Assembly (NCBI GenBank): GCA_963790475.1
Contig: CAWBOS010000015.1
Span: 288,001-352,000 of the forward strand
Length of the DNA: 64,000 bases
Direction: 5' to 3'
Source: an uncultured delta proteobacterium
GTDB taxonomy: Bacteria > Desulfobacterota > RBG-13-43-22
The notes beneath the pieces were generated by a model. It saw only the letters and a program-made list of their open reading frames with translations. It was not told where the DNA came from and did not search any database. Shown here piece after piece: positions 11,675 to 25,100 of the stretch. Within the stretch, counting starts at the first letter, position 1. Each line of letters starts with the position of its first letter. A program made the position numbers and the translations under genes.

Positions 11675-12294
11675 TGGCCTAAGGCCTCCTCAATAATCGG
11701 AATGCTGGGTTTAAGCAGAACCAGGCGCTCATATCTCAAGACATCATAGACATTCAACCCGTCAGCCCGGAGGACTTTTACCCCATTCACATTACGGGCT
11801 GATTTTTCCAGGTTCGTGTTTTCCTGATCGGTGACAATCAAGGTTTTTTTCAATTGCAAACGGTCCATGACCTGGGAAAAATTTTTGGTCTTGATCTCAT
11901 CCAGATTAAAATTATCCAGGACCATCAATTGGTCCCCCTGCCACCTGGAAGACAAAGCCATCTTCATGGCCAATTTCTTAACCTTTTTGTTGACTTTGGG
12001 TTCGTAGGTCCTGGGAGAGGGCCCAAAAATAATCCCCCCACCGCGCATCAAGGGGGAGGTCCTGGTACCCTGCCTCGCCCGGCCGGTTCCTTTTTGACGA
12101 AAAGGTTTTTTACCGCCGCCGCGAACTTCGGATCGATCCTTGGTAGAGGAGGTCCCGGACCTCTGCTTAGCCTGAAAGCTTAAGACCATCTGATGGAGTA
12201 TATGGGGATTAACCTCCCGGTTAAAAATATCATCTTTCAGGAAAAGTTCTTCAACCTTTTCTCCAGTGAGGTTATAGACAGTTACCGTTGGCAT
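11671..12294 (-). CDS. rplD: 50S ribosomal protein L4
   Basis: RSEVRGGGKKPFRQKGTGRARQG; start MPTVTVY at 12294. Confidence 0.97.
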   Translation of the reverse strand: MPTVTVYNLTGEKVEELFLKDDIFNREVNPHILHQMVLSFQAKQRSGTSSTKDRSEVRGGGKKPFRQKGTGRARQGTRTSPLMRGGGIIFGPSPRTYEPKVNKKVKKLAMKMALSSRWQGDQLMVLDNFNLDEIKTKNFSQVMDRLQLKKTLIVTDQENTNLEKSARNVNGVKVLRADGLNVYDVLRYERLVLLKPSIPIIEEALGQ

Positions 12295-12310
12295 TTTTTT
12301 CCTCTTTGAA

Positions 12311-12413
12311 ATCCAGGAGTCAGGTCTCAAAATTCAGAATAACTTCTCTTCAGTATCGAAAAAATACTCGGTAGGGCCTTCTGGATTCTGACTTCTGGAT
12401 TCTGACTTCTATG
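12311..12413. repeat. Heptamer-built palindrome (AGTCAGA/TCTGACT family)
   Basis: atccagg agtcagg ... attcaga / ttctgga ttctgac ttctgga ttctgac ttct in the rplC-rplD spacer. Confidence 0.75.
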
Positions 12414-12419
12414 TTTTCA

Positions 12420-13037
12420 CTATTTATAAATAGCCAGGAGATTATTACGGCTCCCGGGTACAGCCCCTTTGACCAGCAGCAAATTACTTTCTGGCCTGAT
12501 ATCCACGATCGACAGGTGAATGACGCTCACCTGGCGATTTCCCATATGCCCGGGGAGTTTTTTGCCTTTTATGACCCGGGAGGGGTAGGCACTGGACCCG
12601 ATGGAACCGGGGACCCGATGGGATGTGCACCCATGGGTATCTTTTCCACCGGAAAAATTCCAACGCTTGACTACTCCGGCGAAGCCTTTCCCTTTGCTGG
12701 TCCCCCGGACTTTCACCTTGTCCCCGACCTGAAAAATGTCGACCCGGACTTCATCGCCCACTTTATAAGACAGGTCTCCCGAGGCCGGAAATTCTTTTAG
12801 ATGGACCATGGGGGGAATCCCTTTTTTCGCAAAATGCCCCTGAATCGGTTTATTAACCGCTTTGGGTTTCGCCGGCATAAATCCCAGTTGATAGACTGCT
12901 CCCTGGCTTTGTTCCCCTTTTTTCTGGACTACTACACAAGGGCCGGCCTCAATGACCGTTACGGCCACAGATTTCCCCTCTTCTATAAATATGCGGGTCA
13001 TTCCCAGCTTTTTTCCTAAAATTCCTTGCATGATCAT
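12420..13037 (-). CDS. rplC: 50S ribosomal protein L3
   Basis: GILGKKLGMT, SKGKGFAGVVKRW, HRVPGSIG, VKGAVPG. Confidence 0.98.
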   Translation of the reverse strand: MIMQGILGKKLGMTRIFIEEGKSVAVTVIEAGPCVVVQKKGEQSQGAVYQLGFMPAKPKAVNKPIQGHFAKKGIPPMVHLKEFPASGDLSYKVGDEVRVDIFQVGDKVKVRGTSKGKGFAGVVKRWNFSGGKDTHGCTSHRVPGSIGSSAYPSRVIKGKKLPGHMGNRQVSVIHLSIVDIRPESNLLLVKGAVPGSRNNLLAIYK

Positions 13038-13073
13038 CTTTCTCTGAAGAAACTGTTTTTAAAAAACATCCCC

Positions 13074-13385
13074 TTACAGTTTTATCTCGACGTCCACCCC
13101 GGCTGATAAATCCAATTTCATAAGGGCATCCACCGTGGCCTGGGTCGGTTCCAGGATATCCAATAATCTTTTATGCGTCCGGACTTCAAACTGCTCCCGG
13201 GATTTTTTATCCACATGGGGAGATCTCAAAACACAGAACTTTTTGATCATCGTCGGCAAGGGTATCGGCCCGGCCACCCGTGCCCCGGTCCTCCGAGCTG
13301 TTTCCACGATCTCAGCGGCCGACTGATCCAGCAGTTTATGGTCAAAGGCTTTGAGTTGAATCCGAATTTTTTGACTGGTCATCAT
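13074..13385 (-). CDS. rpsJ: 30S ribosomal protein S10
   Basis: [32 protein letters not shown]. Confidence 0.99.
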   Translation of the reverse strand: MMTSQKIRIQLKAFDHKLLDQSAAEIVETARRTGARVAGPIPLPTMIKKFCVLRSPHVDKKSREQFEVRTHKRLLDILEPTQATVDALMKLDLSAGVDVEIKL

Positions 13386-13400
13386 ATTAAAAATTCCTTT

Positions 13401-13480
13401 TAGGCTGAAGACTGAAGACTGTTAGGCTGAAGGTCGAATAAGGTTTTTTACCTTCAGCCTTCGGTCTAATTGCCTTCAGA
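13401..13480. repeat. Heptamer-built palindrome (GGCTGAA/TTCAGCC family)
   Basis: ggctgaa gactgaa gactgtta ggctgaa / ccttcag ccttcgg tctaattg ccttcag in the tuf-rpsJ spacer. Confidence 0.75.
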
Positions 13481-13490
13481 CCGATTTTTC

Positions 13491-14690
13491 CTATTCAATA
13501 ATCTCCGAGATGACACCGGCGCCGACGGTGCGGCCCCCTTCCCGGATGGCAAAACGAAGCTCCTTCTCCATGGCAATCGGGGTAATCAACGATATATCCA
13601 CCGATACATTGTCTCCCGGCATCACCATCTCCACTCCTTCCGGCAGCGTCACCACCCCGGTCACGTCCGTCGTTCGAAAATAAAACTGCGGCCGATACCC
13701 GTTGAAAAACGGCGTGTGCCGGCCTCCTTCTTCCTTGGCCAGGATATAGGCCTCGGCCTTAAACTTGGTGTGCGGTGTGATGCTCCCCGGCTTGGCCACT
13801 ACCTGCCCCCGCTCTACATCGTCGCGCTTCGTCCCCCGAAGCAATAACCCTAAATTGTCTCCCGCCTGCCCATGGTCCAGGGTCTTCCGGAACATTTCCA
13901 CCCCGGTGCAGATCGTCTTCACCGTCGGCCGGATACCGATTATCTCCACTTCGTCCCCGACCTTCACCTGTCCCCGTTCTACCCGGCCCGTGACCACCGT
14001 TCCCCGGCCCGAGATGCTGAATACATCCTCCACCGGCATCAAAAACGGCTTCTCAATATCCCGCACCGGTTCCGGTACAAACTTGTCCACCGCATCCATC
14101 AGCTCCAATATCGGCTTGCAATTATTACATTCCTCTTTCCCGCAGCCGCATTCCAGGGCCTTTAACGCCGACCCTTTCACAATCGGTATCTCATCCCCCG
14201 GAAATTCATACTTGGTCAGTAACTCCCGCAGCTCCAACTCCACCAGCTCTATCAATTCCGGATCATCGACCATGTCCACCTTGTTCAAAAATACCACAAT
14301 ATAGGGCACTCCTACCTGCCGCGCCAATAATATATGCTCCCTCGTCTGCGGCATCGGCCCGTCATCGGCCCCCACCACCAGTATCGCCCCGTCCATCTGG
14401 GCCGCTCCGGTGATCATGTTCTTGATATAATCCGCATGCCCCGGACAATCCACATGCGCATAATGTCGGCTCTTCGTCTCGTACTCCACATGCGCCGTCG
14501 CTATCGTGATCCCTCGCTCTTTCTCTTCCGGTGCCTTGTCGATCTGGTCAAACGGGACATAACTCGCCATCCCGCTCTTCGATAAACATAAGGTGATCGC
14601 CGCCGTTAACGTCGTCTTCCCATGATCTATATGCCCTATCGTCCCTACATTCACATGCGGCTTCGTCCGCTCAAATTTCTTCTTCGACAT
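13491..14690 (-). CDS. tuf: Elongation factor Tu (str operon copy)
   Basis: [27 protein letters not shown]. Confidence 0.99.
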   Translation of the reverse strand: MSKKKFERTKPHVNVGTIGHIDHGKTTLTAAITLCLSKSGMASYVPFDQIDKAPEEKERGITIATAHVEYETKSRHYAHVDCPGHADYIKNMITGAAQMDGAILVVGADDGPMPQTREHILLARQVGVPYIVVFLNKVDMVDDPELIELVELELRELLTKYEFPGDEIPIVKGSALKALECGCGKEECNNCKPILELMDAVDKFVPEPVRDIEKPFLMPVEDVFSISGRGTVVTGRVERGQVKVGDEVEIIGIRPTVKTICTGVEMFRKTLDHGQAGDNLGLLLRGTKRDDVERGQVVAKPGSITPHTKFKAEAYILAKEEGGRHTPFFNGYRPQFYFRTTDVTGVVTLPEGVEMVMPGDNVSVDISLITPIAMEKELRFAIREGGRTVGAGVISEIIE

Positions 14691-14754
14691 CTCCCCGCCT
14701 CCCTTTGGTTAAATTAATTCCTTCCCTCTCCCATAAAAACAGGTTGCTTATGGA

Positions 14755-16833
14755 TTAACCACTTTTTCTATCTTTGATAAGAGATTCGAATACGGATTGA
14801 GGAACCTTTTGATAATGGGAAAATTGGAGGGTAAAAGTAGCTCGACCTTGGGTTAAGGATCGAATGCTGGTTGAATAGCCGAACATTTCGGCCATAGGGG
14901 CCTGACCGCGAACGATTCGGGCCTTACCCCGGCTCTCCAAGCCCTGAATTTTTCCCCTTCGGGAATTCAAATCCCCCATGACTTCCCCGATAAATTCTTC
15001 AGGGGTCACGATTTCCACTTCCATAATCGGTTCCAGAAGAATGGCCTGGGCCTTGGCCGCCGCTTCCTTAAAGGCGATAGATCCTGCAAAAAGAAAAGCC
15101 CGCTCCGAAGAATCCACTTCATGAAAAGAGCCGTCTACCAGCCTGACTCCGACATCGACCATGGGGTATCCGGCCAGTCCCCCACCTTCCATGGCCTCGA
15201 TGACCCCTTTTTCCACGGCCGGGATATATTCCTTGGGAATCACACCCCCGACAATCTTATTTTCGAACAAAAATCCGGCGCCGGCTTCCCGGGGATATAT
15301 CTCCAGCCAGACGTGGCCGTATTGCCCGCGCCCTCCGCTTTGCCGGATATATTTTCCTTCGGCCTTGATCTCCCGGGTAATCGTTTCTTTATAAGCCACC
15401 TGCGGTTTCCCGATATGTGCGGCCACATTAAACTCCCGGGTAAGGCGATCGACTATAATTTCCAGGTGCAGCTCCCCCATCCCGGAGATGATGGTCTGGC
15501 CGGTGTCTTCCTCGGTATGGACCTTGAAGGAAGGGTCTTCAGCCGCGATCCGCTGCAGGGAAAGGCCCAATTTATCCAGATCGGCCTTACTCTTGGGTTC
15601 AATGGCAATCGAGATAACCGGCACCGGAATGTCCAGCGATTCCAGCAGAAGAGGGGCCTTCGGATCACAGAGACTGTCGCCGGTAGTGGTATTTTTCAGT
15701 CCTACCACCGCCACAATGTCTCCGGCCCTCATCTCTTTGATCTCTTCCCTCTGATTGGCATGCATTTTGAGCAGACGGCCGATCTTCTCTTTTCGCCCTT
15801 TGTTGACATTGAGAACCGCCTCTCCGGAAGACAGGCACCCGGAATAAACCCGTAAAAAAGTCAGATGCCCCACATAAGGATCAGACATTAATTTGAAAGC
15901 CAGGGCGGTAAAAGGGGCATCTTCCCGGGCACTGCGTTCTTCCGTTTCACCTGAAGCATTTTTTCCTGCAATGGGAGGGACATCGGTCGGGGCGGGTAGG
16001 TAACGGACAATAGCATCGAGTAAAGGCTGGACCCCTTTATTTTTAAAGGCCGACCCACAGAGCACTGGAACCACCTTCCGTTGTAATGTGGCCTGTCGCA
16101 GGGCCTGAATGATCGTTTCTTCCGGCAGGTCTCGGCCTTCCAAGTAGGACTCCATGATGGCATCGTCGGTATCAGCCAGAGCCTCGATTAATTTCCGCCG
16201 ATACAAGGCCACAGTCTCCTTTAAGTCCTCCGGGATCGGCTCGGCTTCTAAGGTTCGTCCCAGGGTAGCCTGATCAAAAGAATAGGCCTTAAGGGTAATC
16301 AGGTCAATGATCCCCTGGAAGGATTCCTCCTTCCCCAAAGGCCATTGAACAAACACCGGATTGGCCCCCAGCCGTTCTTCCATCATTTTCAGACACCGTT
16401 CGTGATCGGCACCAACCCGATCCATCTTGTTAATGAAGGCCAGCCTCGGGATATGATAGCGGTCCGCTTGCCGCCAGACCGTCTCCGATTGAGGTTCCAC
16501 TCCGGCCACGGCATCGAAAACCGCTATCGCTCCATCAAGGACCCGCAGACTCCGCTCGACCTCGATAGTGAAATCCACATGCCCGGGGGTATCGATGATA
16601 TTGATCCGATGGTCTTTCCAGGTACAAGTGGTGGCTGCCGAGGTAATGGTAATCCCCCGTTCCTGCTCCTGTTCCATCCAATCCATCACCGCCGACCCAT
16701 CATGAACCTCCCCCATCTTGTACGATACCCCGGTATAGTATAAGATCCTTTCGGTGGTAGTGGTTTTTCCGGCGTCAATATGGGCCATGATCCCTATATT
16801 CCGAATCTGTGATAATAAAACCTGCTCAGACAA
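14755..16833 (-). CDS. fusA: Elongation factor G
   Basis: [42 protein letters not shown]. Confidence 0.99.
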   Translation of the reverse strand: MSEQVLLSQIRNIGIMAHIDAGKTTTTERILYYTGVSYKMGEVHDGSAVMDWMEQEQERGITITSAATTCTWKDHRINIIDTPGHVDFTIEVERSLRVLDGAIAVFDAVAGVEPQSETVWRQADRYHIPRLAFINKMDRVGADHERCLKMMEERLGANPVFVQWPLGKEESFQGIIDLITLKAYSFDQATLGRTLEAEPIPEDLKETVALYRRKLIEALADTDDAIMESYLEGRDLPEETIIQALRQATLQRKVVPVLCGSAFKNKGVQPLLDAIVRYLPAPTDVPPIAGKNASGETEERSAREDAPFTALAFKLMSDPYVGHLTFLRVYSGCLSSGEAVLNVNKGRKEKIGRLLKMHANQREEIKEMRAGDIVAVVGLKNTTTGDSLCDPKAPLLLESLDIPVPVISIAIEPKSKADLDKLGLSLQRIAAEDPSFKVHTEEDTGQTIISGMGELHLEIIVDRLTREFNVAAHIGKPQVAYKETITREIKAEGKYIRQSGGRGQYGHVWLEIYPREAGAGFLFENKIVGGVIPKEYIPAVEKGVIEAMEGGGLAGYPMVDVGVRLVDGSFHEVDSSERAFLFAGSIAFKEAAAKAQAILLEPIMEVEIVTPEEFIGEVMGDLNSRRGKIQGLESRGKARIVRGQAPMAEMFGYSTSIRSLTQGRATFTLQFSHYQKVPQSVFESLIKDRKSG

Positions 16834-16877
16834 ACAATGACTCCATTTCCCGTTCCAAACATGCCCTTGGTCATCGG

Positions 16878-17348
16878 CTACCAGCGGTAGTGGGCAAAGG
16901 CCTTGTTGGCCTCTGCCATTTTATGAGTGTCTTCTTTCTTTTTGATGGCCGCCCCGCGGTTATTCGCCGCATCCAGCAACTCCCCGGCCAATTTTCCTTC
17001 CATGGTTTTTTCGGAACGGGCCTTGGCATAATTGATGACCCAGCGTATACTCAAAGAAAGCCTCCGGCTCGATTTCACTTCAACCGGGACCTGGTAGGTG
17101 GATCCTCCGACTCTTCTGGATTTAACCTCAATCACCGGCTTAATGTTTTCGATGGCCTTTTCAAACACCTTAATCGGTTCCTCTTCGCTCTTCTTGCTGA
17201 TCAAATCCAAAGATCGGTAGAGGATCGACTCGGCCGTACTCTTTTTCCCCTGGCGCATCAGAGAATTGACGAACCTGGCCACCAGCAAACTGTGATATTT
17301 GGGATCGGGTAAGATCCCCCTGTGAATGACTTCTCTTTTCCTCGGCAT
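16878..17348 (-). CDS. rpsG: 30S ribosomal protein S7
   Basis: [26 protein letters not shown]. Confidence 0.99.
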   Translation of the reverse strand: MPRKREVIHRGILPDPKYHSLLVARFVNSLMRQGKKSTAESILYRSLDLISKKSEEEPIKVFEKAIENIKPVIEVKSRRVGGSTYQVPVEVKSSRRLSLSIRWVINYAKARSEKTMEGKLAGELLDAANNRGAAIKKKEDTHKMAEANKAFAHYRW

Positions 17349-17456
17349 TCCGACCTCTTTGACTTTTCAAAAATAGTAAATAAGATATTATTTTTTATTC
17401 GATACTATTTGATTCCGCAATCCCCTGCTGATCGCAGGTTCCAAAATCCGAAACGG

Positions 17457-17828
17457 TTATTTAGGTCTTTTAGCCCCATATTTGGATCGGCTGTTTTTTC
17501 GATCGGCCACGCCGATGGAGTCCAAAGTCCCTCGAATAATATGATAGCGAACCCCCGGCAGATCCTTGACCCGGCCCCCTCGAATCAGAACCACGGAGTG
17601 CTCCTGCAGATTATGTCCGATCCCCGGGATATAGGTGGTCACTTCCATACCATTGGTTAAGCGCACTCGGGCGACTTTACGGAGGGCCGAGTTGGGCTTT
17701 TTAGGGGTCGACGTATAAACACGAATACATACCCCGCGTTTTTGAGGACATCCTTTTAAGGCCGGCGCCGTATTTTTCCCTTTAACTTGTTCCCGGCCCT
17801 GACGAATCAATTGATTGATAGTAGCCAT
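17457..17828 (-). CDS. rpsL: 30S ribosomal protein S12
   Basis: [23 protein letters not shown]. Confidence 0.99.
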   Translation of the reverse strand: MATINQLIRQGREQVKGKNTAPALKGCPQKRGVCIRVYTSTPKKPNSALRKVARVRLTNGMEVTTYIPGIGHNLQEHSVVLIRGGRVKDLPGVRYHIIRGTLDSIGVADRKNSRSKYGAKRPK

Positions 17829-17904
17829 AAAATCCTGCTTTTCCCTCTATTGGATGGTCTAACTGCCTGAAAGCTGAAAATCAAAATATATAAACCGGAT
17901 CGCC

Positions 17905-20900
17905 CTAATTGTCAATCTTTTTTTCGGTCACTTCCTCTAATAATTGCGGCAAGATGATTTTACGATAAACCGGCATTCCCGATCCGGCCGGAATCAATCG
18001 TCCCATAATCACGTTTTCCTTCAATCCCCTCAGGTAATCCTTTTCGCCGGCAATACAGGTGTCCGTTAAAACCTTGGTGGTCTCCTGAAAAGAGGCGGCT
18101 GAGATAAAACTATCAGTGGAAAGAGAGGCCTTGGTGATTCCCTGGAGCAAGGGTTCGGCTTGGGCCGGTTTGCCCCCTTTGGTCAGGACCTCCTGGTTTT
18201 TCTGGGTAAACACCTGCCTTTCCACCTGGTCCCCTACCAGATAGTCCGTATCTCCGGGGTCTTTGATCTTGACCTTGCGAAGCATCTGCCGAACGATGAC
18301 TTCAATGTGCTTGTCGTTGATCTTAACCCCTTGAAGACGATAGACCTCCTGGACTTCATTGACCAGATATTTTGCCAGTTCTTTGATTCCACTGACACTT
18401 AAGATATCGTGAGGATTGGCCGAACCATCCATCAGGGGTTCCCCGGCCAGGATGACATCCCCTTCCTGCACGCTGACATGCTTCCCCTTGGGGATTAGAT
18501 ATTCTTTGGCCTCGCCTACCTCCGGGGTAACGATGACCTTCCGTTTTCCCTTGGTGTGCTTACCAAAGGTGACCACCCCGTCGATTTCGGTAATCACAGC
18601 GTGTTCTTTGGGCTTACGCACCTCAAAAAGTTCGGCCACGCGGGGGAGCCCCCCGGTGATATCCTTGGTCTTGGTGGTCTCCCTGGGGATTTTAGCAATC
18701 ACGTCGCCGGCCAAAACCGGGTCCCCCTCGGAGACCATGACGATGGCCCCGATAGGCAAGAGATAGCGGGCAAAGGAATTGGTATCCGGAAGACGGGCCG
18801 TTTTTCCACCCTCGTCTTTGATGGAAATTCTCGGCCGGACTTCAGCATCCCGATATTCGACAATGACCTTGCTGGATTTACCCGTCACTACGTCCCGCCG
18901 TTCCTCCAGGGTGGCCCCTTCGGTCAGATCCCCGAACTTTACCCGGCCGGAAACCGCGGTTATAATCGGGATAGTAAAGGGGTCCCAGTTGGCCAGAAGG
19001 GAACCGGCCGAAACCTTTTGTTTGTCCTTGACCTTAAGCAAGGTCCCGTAGATAAGGGGGTATCTTTCTCTTTCCCGATTTTTTTCATCCAAAACACAGA
19101 TCTGGCCGTTCCGGTTCATGACTACCAGGTCTCCATCCCGGTTTTGCACGGTATGAAGCTGGACAAATTGAACCTTTCCTTCGGTCCTGGATTGAAGGGA
19201 GGTCTGTTCCCCCCGTTTGCTGGCCACCCCGCCGATATGGAAGGTCCGCATGGTCAACTGGGTCCCGGGTTCTCCGATGGACTGAGCCGCAGTAATGCCG
19301 ATGGCCTCCCCGATATCGACCTGTTTTCCATAAGCCAGATCCCGGCCATAACATTTGGCACAAACCCCTCGGGCACTTTGACAGGTCAACACCGATCGAA
19401 TCATGATTTTCTCTATGCCCGCGTCTTCAATCCGGTCCACAGCCGCCTCATCGATTTCACTGCCGGCGGCAACCAGCACCTCTTCGGTAAAAGGATCTTT
19501 GATATCTTCCAGGGTGACTCGACCCAAGACACGCTCCCCGATGGGTTGAATCACTTCCCCCGCTTCCCGGAGGGATTCGACAAAAATCCCATCGATGGTC
19601 CCGCAATCTATTTCATTAATGATCACATCCTGAGACACATCCACCAGCCGCCGGGTCAGATACCCTGAATTGGCCGTTTTAAGAGCCGTATCGGCCAACC
19701 CTTTCCGGGCCCCGTGGGTGGAAATAAAATACTCCAACACACTCAACCCTTCCCGGAAATTAGCCCGGATCGGGGTGTTGATAATCTCCCCCGATGGTTT
19801 GGCCATCAGACCACGCATCCCGGCCAATTGTCTCATCTGGTCTTTACTCCCCCGGGCCCCGGAATCGGTCATCATAAAGATGGGGTTAAAACTGGCAACC
19901 TGAAAATCCTTATGATCCGGGCCGGTGGACACTTCTGAGCCCATGACCTGCATCATCTTCTGGGCCACATCTTCACTGGCCTTGGCCCAGATATCGACTA
20001 GTTTATTATATTTTTCACCGTCGGTAATCAGCCCGTCGGTGTATTGCTTCTCAACTCTCCGGACCTCTTCTTCGGCCTTTTTCAAGATCTCCTTCTTTTG
20101 AGGAGGAATCTTCATGTCCGAGACGGAAATAGAAATTCCCGATAGAGTTGCATAGTGGTATCCGATATCTTTTAACCGGTCGGCTAAAAGAACGGTCTCT
20201 TTGATGCCGGCTTTCCGGTAACAGTCATCAATCAGTTTCCGAACCTCTTTTTTGGTCATGACCCGGTTGATACGTTCAAAGGGAAGCATGGAGGGCAGCA
20301 CTTCCCCTAAGAGCACCCGTCCGACCGTGGTATCGACCAATCGACCGTCAAAACGGACTTTGATTTTGGCTTGGAGGTCCACCTGTCCGGCATCATAGGC
20401 GATCCGGACCTCTTCCGGTCCATAAAAGACCTTCCCTTCCCCTTTGGCAAACATCCGGTCTCGGGTCATATAATATAAACCCAAAATAATATCCTGCGAG
20501 GGGACAATGATCGGTTCCCCATTGGCCGGTGAAAGGATATTGTTGGTGGACATCATCAGGACCCGGGCTTCGATTTGGGCCTGGATGGATAAGGGCACAT
20601 GAACGGCCATCTGGTCTCCGTCAAAATCGGCATTAAAGGCCGTACAGACTAAGGGATGCAGTTGAATGGCCTTTCCCTCGACCAAAATCGGTTCAAAGGC
20701 CTGAATCCCTAATCGGTGCAGGGTTGGGGCACGATTGAGCAGCACCGGATATTCACGGACCACTTCATCTAAGGTATCCCAAACCTCCGGGGTCTCCTTT
20801 TCCACCATCTTTTTGGCTGTTTTAATGGTAGACACATAACCTTTTTCTTCCAACCGGTGATAAATAAAAGGCTTGAAAAGCTCCAGGGCCATCTTTTTAG

Positions 20901-22005
20901 GTAAACCACACTGGTGCAAGCGCAAATTAGGTCCGACAACAATCACCGACCGGCCGGAATAATCGACACGTTTTCCCAACAGGTTTTGCCGGAATCGACC
21001 CTGCTTGCCCTTCAGCATATCGCTTAAGGACTTCAGAGGGCGCTTATTGGTCCCGGTGATCACCTTACCCCGTCGGCCGTTATCAAAAAGGACATCAACA
21101 GCCTCCTGAAGCATCCTTTTTTCATTTCGAATAATGATATCCGGGGCATTGAGTTCCAAAAGCCGTTTCAAACGATTGTTCCGGTTGATGACCCGGCGGT
21201 AAAGATCATTCAGATCGGAAGTGGCAAATCGTCCGCCGTCTAAAGGGACCAGGGGTCTGAGATCGGGTGGTAAAATCGGTATGACGGTCATGACCATCCA
21301 TTCAGGGCGGTTTCCCGAATCCTTGAAGGCATCAACAACCTTAAGCCTTTTGATGGTTTTCTTCTTTTTGGCTTCCGAATGAGTCGTCTGGATTTCTTCC
21401 CGCAAGGCTATGGATTCGGCTGCCAGGTCCAAGTTTTTCAAAAGGCTCTGGATGGCTTCGGCCCCAATACCGGCCACCACCCGGTCTCCGAATTCTTCTT
21501 TGATCTGGCGGTAACGCTCCTCGGAGAACAGGCTCCGAACCGGCAGGGAGGGCTCCTTGGACTCCAAGACAATATAGGCTTCGAAATAAAGGACTTTTTC
21601 CAGTTCTTTGAGGGTCAGATCCAAAAGGGTGCCTATTTTACTGGGGAGACTTTTCAGGAACCAGATATGGGCTACAGGGCTGGCCAGTTCAATATGTCCC
21701 ATCCGTTCGCGACGGACTTTGGACTGGATGACCTCCACCCCGCATTTTTCACAGACCACTCCCCGGTGTTTCATGCGCTTATATTTTCCGCAATTGCACT
21801 CATAATCTTTGGTCGGGCCGAATATCTTGGCACAAAAAAGACCGTCCCGTTCCGGTTTGAAGGTCCGATAGTTAATGGTCTCCGGCTTTTTCACCTCACC
21901 ATGGGACCATTCCCGGATCTTCTCCGGAGAGGCCAGAGAAATTTTTACGGCATAAAAATTCAACGGGTCTTTGGGTTTGGCAAAGTAGCTGAATAGATCT
22001 TCCAA
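17905..22005 (-). CDS. rpoC: RNA polymerase beta' subunit
   Basis: NADFDGD catalytic motif, N-terminal Zn finger, [18 protein letters not shown]. Confidence 0.99.
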   Translation of the reverse strand: MEDLFSYFAKPKDPLNFYAVKISLASPEKIREWSHGEVKKPETINYRTFKPERDGLFCAKIFGPTKDYECNCGKYKRMKHRGVVCEKCGVEVIQSKVRRERMGHIELASPVAHIWFLKSLPSKIGTLLDLTLKELEKVLYFEAYIVLESKEPSLPVRSLFSEERYRQIKEEFGDRVVAGIGAEAIQSLLKNLDLAAESIALREEIQTTHSEAKKKKTIKRLKVVDAFKDSGNRPEWMVMTVIPILPPDLRPLVPLDGGRFATSDLNDLYRRVINRNNRLKRLLELNAPDIIIRNEKRMLQEAVDVLFDNGRRGKVITGTNKRPLKSLSDMLKGKQGRFRQNLLGKRVDYSGRSVIVVGPNLRLHQCGLPKKMALELFKPFIYHRLEEKGYVSTIKTAKKMVEKETPEVWDTLDEVVREYPVLLNRAPTLHRLGIQAFEPILVEGKAIQLHPLVCTAFNADFDGDQMAVHVPLSIQAQIEARVLMMSTNNILSPANGEPIIVPSQDIILGLYYMTRDRMFAKGEGKVFYGPEEVRIAYDAGQVDLQAKIKVRFDGRLVDTTVGRVLLGEVLPSMLPFERINRVMTKKEVRKLIDDCYRKAGIKETVLLADRLKDIGYHYATLSGISISVSDMKIPPQKKEILKKAEEEVRRVEKQYTDGLITDGEKYNKLVDIWAKASEDVAQKMMQVMGSEVSTGPDHKDFQVASFNPIFMMTDSGARGSKDQMRQLAGMRGLMAKPSGEIINTPIRANFREGLSVLEYFISTHGARKGLADTALKTANSGYLTRRLVDVSQDVIINEIDCGTIDGIFVESLREAGEVIQPIGERVLGRVTLEDIKDPFTEEVLVAAGSEIDEAAVDRIEDAGIEKIMIRSVLTCQSARGVCAKCYGRDLAYGKQVDIGEAIGITAAQSIGEPGTQLTMRTFHIGGVASKRGEQTSLQSRTEGKVQFVQLHTVQNRDGDLVVMNRNGQICVLDEKNRERERYPLIYGTLLKVKDKQKVSAGSLLANWDPFTIPIITAVSGRVKFGDLTEGATLEERRDVVTGKSSKVIVEYRDAEVRPRISIKDEGGKTARLPDTNSFARYLLPIGAIVMVSEGDPVLAGDVIAKIPRETTKTKDITGGLPRVAELFEVRKPKEHAVITEIDGVVTFGKHTKGKRKVIVTPEVGEAKEYLIPKGKHVSVQEGDVILAGEPLMDGSANPHDILSVSGIKELAKYLVNEVQEVYRLQGVKINDKHIEVIVRQMLRKVKIKDPGDTDYLVGDQVERQVFTQKNQEVLTKGGKPAQAEPLLQGITKASLSTDSFISAASFQETTKVLTDTCIAGEKDYLRGLKENVIMGRLIPAGSGMPVYRKIILPQLLEEVTEKKIDN

Positions 22006-22053
22006 GATGTACTCCTTAAAAATATGTGTTAACGGACAAATAGGTTTAAAAGA

Positions 22054-22127
22054 AAGCTCGGAGTTCGGAGTTGGGAGTTATTTACTCATCACTCCCAACT
22101 CCGAACTAATAACTAACAGTAACTAAC
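22054..22127. repeat. Heptamer-built palindrome (GAGTTCG family)
   Basis: aagctcg gagttcg gagttgg gagtta / tactcat cactccc aactccg aactaat aactaac in the rpoB-rpoC spacer. Confidence 0.8.
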
Positions 22128-22156
22128 AGGCTTCCCTGAGCCCTGTTTTTATGATG

Positions 22157-25100
22157 TTAGCTTGGTTCCGCTTTGGGTTCTCCTTCAAGGAGTTCCACAT
22201 TAAGCCCCAGACTCTGTAATTCCTTAACCAGGACATTGAAGGATTCCGGCAACCCGGCCTCCAGCACATTGTCCCCCTTGACGATTTTTTCATACATCCG
22301 AGTCCGGCCGACTACATCGTCCGATTTGACGGTCAAAAATTCCTGCAAGGTGAAGGCCGCTCCATAGGCCTCCATGGCCCAGACCTCCATTTCTCCCAGA
22401 CGCTGCCCGCCGAACTGGGCCTTTCCCCCCAAGGGCTGTTGAGTAACTAAGGAATAAGGTCCTATGGACCGGGCATGAATCTTATCATCAACCAAATGAT
22501 GCAATTTCATCATATACATGACCCCAACGGTTACTTCGCGATCAAAGCGTTCGCCGGTCCGGCCGTCATAGAGGACTGCCTGACCTGTTTCCTTCAGCCC
22601 GGCCAACTTAAGTAGTCTCTCAATATCTTCTTCTTTGGCCCCATCAAAGACCGGGGTGGCCATATGAATCCCTTCTTGAAACTGACTGGCCAGGACAGGA
22701 AGATAATCTTCGGAAAGATTTTCGACGTATTCTTCCACTTTTTTAGACTCGTAGATTTTTCGTATCAAACGCCGGGTTTCCCCGTCCCTCCCCAATGTGG
22801 TCAGCAGATCAGCCACTTTTTTCCCGAGTTCTCTCGAAACCCAGCCCAAATGAGTTTCCATAACCTGTCCTACATTCATCCTCGAAGGGACCCCCAAGGG
22901 ATTAAGGACGATATCTACCGGGGTTCCGTCAGCGAAACAAGGCATGTCTTCGGTGGGAAGGATCCTGGAAACCACCCCTTTATTTCCATGACGCCCGGCC
23001 ATTTTATCACCTACTGAAAGTTTGCGTTTGACGGCCACATAAACCTTGACCATTTTGACCACGCCCGGAGGCAGTTCGTCCCCTCTTTTCAGTTTGGCTA
23101 TCTTCCCCTCGAAGCTCTCTTTGATCAGTACCACCTGCTCCTGATAATCTTTAATTATTTTATCTACTTCCTCTTTCAGTTCTTTTCCCTTGGCGACCGA
23201 GAGTTCCTTCCATTTTTTTACCGGGATCCGGCTTAGCCGCTCGGCGGTAAATTTTTCACCTCGGGAAATGATGACCTTCCCGCTCCGGTCTTCTTTAACG
23301 GTTCCGGCCGATATTTTTCCGGTCAATACTTTTTTCAGACGAAGCAAGGCTTCGCGCTGTACGATCTGGATTTCATCATTCTGGTCCTTCATGATCCGGG
23401 AGATCTCTTCCTCTTCTATGGCCCTGGACCGGGCGTCCCGTTCCACACCTTTACGAGAAAAAACATTGGCGCCGATAACGATCCCTTCGATCCCCGGAGG
23501 GACTCTCAAGGAGGTATCCTTGACATCACCGGCTTTCTCCCCAAAGATGGCCCGGAGCAGCTTTTCTTCCGGAGAAAGCTGGGTTTCTCCTTTGGGGGTG
23601 ATCTTCCCCACCAGAATATCGCCGGGGGTTACTTCCGCCCCGATACTGATAATCCCGCTTTCGTCCAAATTCTTTAAGGATTCGTCCCCGAGATTGGGGA
23701 TATCCCGGGTGATTTCTTCCCTTCCCAGCTTGGTGTCCCGGGCGATCAGTTCAAATTCTTCAATGTGGATGGAAGTAAAGGCATCATCTTTAACCAAATG
23801 CTCGCCCACCAAAATTGAATCTTCAAAATTATACCCCCCCCAGGACATAAAGGCCACCAGGACATTCCGTCCCAGCGCCAGTTCCCCTCGTTCGGTTGAC
23901 GGCCCGTCGGCGATGACCTGGCTCTTACCGACCAAGTCCCCCTTACGAACGATCGGTTTCTGATTAAAACAGGTATTTTGATTTGATCGCTGAAATTTTG
24001 TCAGTTTGTAAATTTCCACATCGGCCCCCAGGGCCTTTTCCGATTCTTTGCCCGAGAGATAACGAACGACGATGCGGTCGGCATCCACATCCTCAACAAT
24101 CCCGTCCCTTTTAGCCAACACGGTTACCCCCGAATCCCGGGCGACCACCTCTTCTATACCGGTCCCGATAATCGGGGCCCGGCAGGACAAAAGAGGAACA
24201 GCCTGGCGCTGCATATTCGATCCCATCAAGGCCCGGTTGGCATCATCGTTTTCCAGAAAGGGGATCAGGGATGCGGCAACGCTGACCAATTGGTTGGGCG
24301 AAACGTCCATCATGTGAATCGGTTCTTCCTCCTGATTGACCATGACGAATTCCCCGTCCCTCCGGGCGGAAACCGTGGCATCCATGATCTTTCCCGATTT
24401 ATCCACCGACACATTGGCCTGGGCGATATTGAGATCCTTCTCATCCATGGCACTTAAAAAATTGACCTCCCGGGAAACGGTCCCGTCCTTAACCAGCAGA
24501 TAAGGGGTCTCAATGAAACCGAATTCATTGACCCGGGCATAGGTACTCAAAGAAACGATCAAACCGATATTGGGACCTTCAGGGGTCTCAATGGGACAAA
24601 TCCGGCCGTAATGGGTAGGATGCACATCCCGAACCTCAAACCCGGCCCGTTCCCGGGTCAAACCGCCTGGTCCCAGGGCACTTAGCCGTCTTTTGTGAGT
24701 AATTTCCGAAAGCGGATTGGTCTGGTCCATGAATTGAGAGAGCTGGCTGGTCCCGAAAAATTCCTTGACCACGGCCGCCACCGGCTTGGGATTGATCAAA
24801 TCATGGGGCATGAGGGTTTCAATTTCCTGTAAAGTCATCCGTTCTTTGATCGTCCGTTCCATACGAACCAGGCCGATGCGATATTGGTTTTCCAACAGTT
24901 CTCCTACGGCCCGAACCCGCCGGTTTCCCAGGTGGTCGATATCATCCACCGGACCATTGGCGTCTTTCAGTTCGATCAGCTTCTTGACGGTCAACAGGAT
25001 ATCTTCCTTGCGTAAGGTCCGCTCCGTTAAAGGGATATCCAGCTCCAATCTCCGGTTCAGTTTAAGACGCCCCACGGAGGAAAGGTCATAGTTTTCGGAA

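Noticed and set aside
18556-19668. 370-aa plus-strand ORF
   Set aside because: Antisense shadow of rpoC with no recognisable motifs; same reasoning for 15121-15855 (fusA), 21379-21996 (rpoC), 23190-23963 (rpoB) and 46885-47610 (AAA ATPase).
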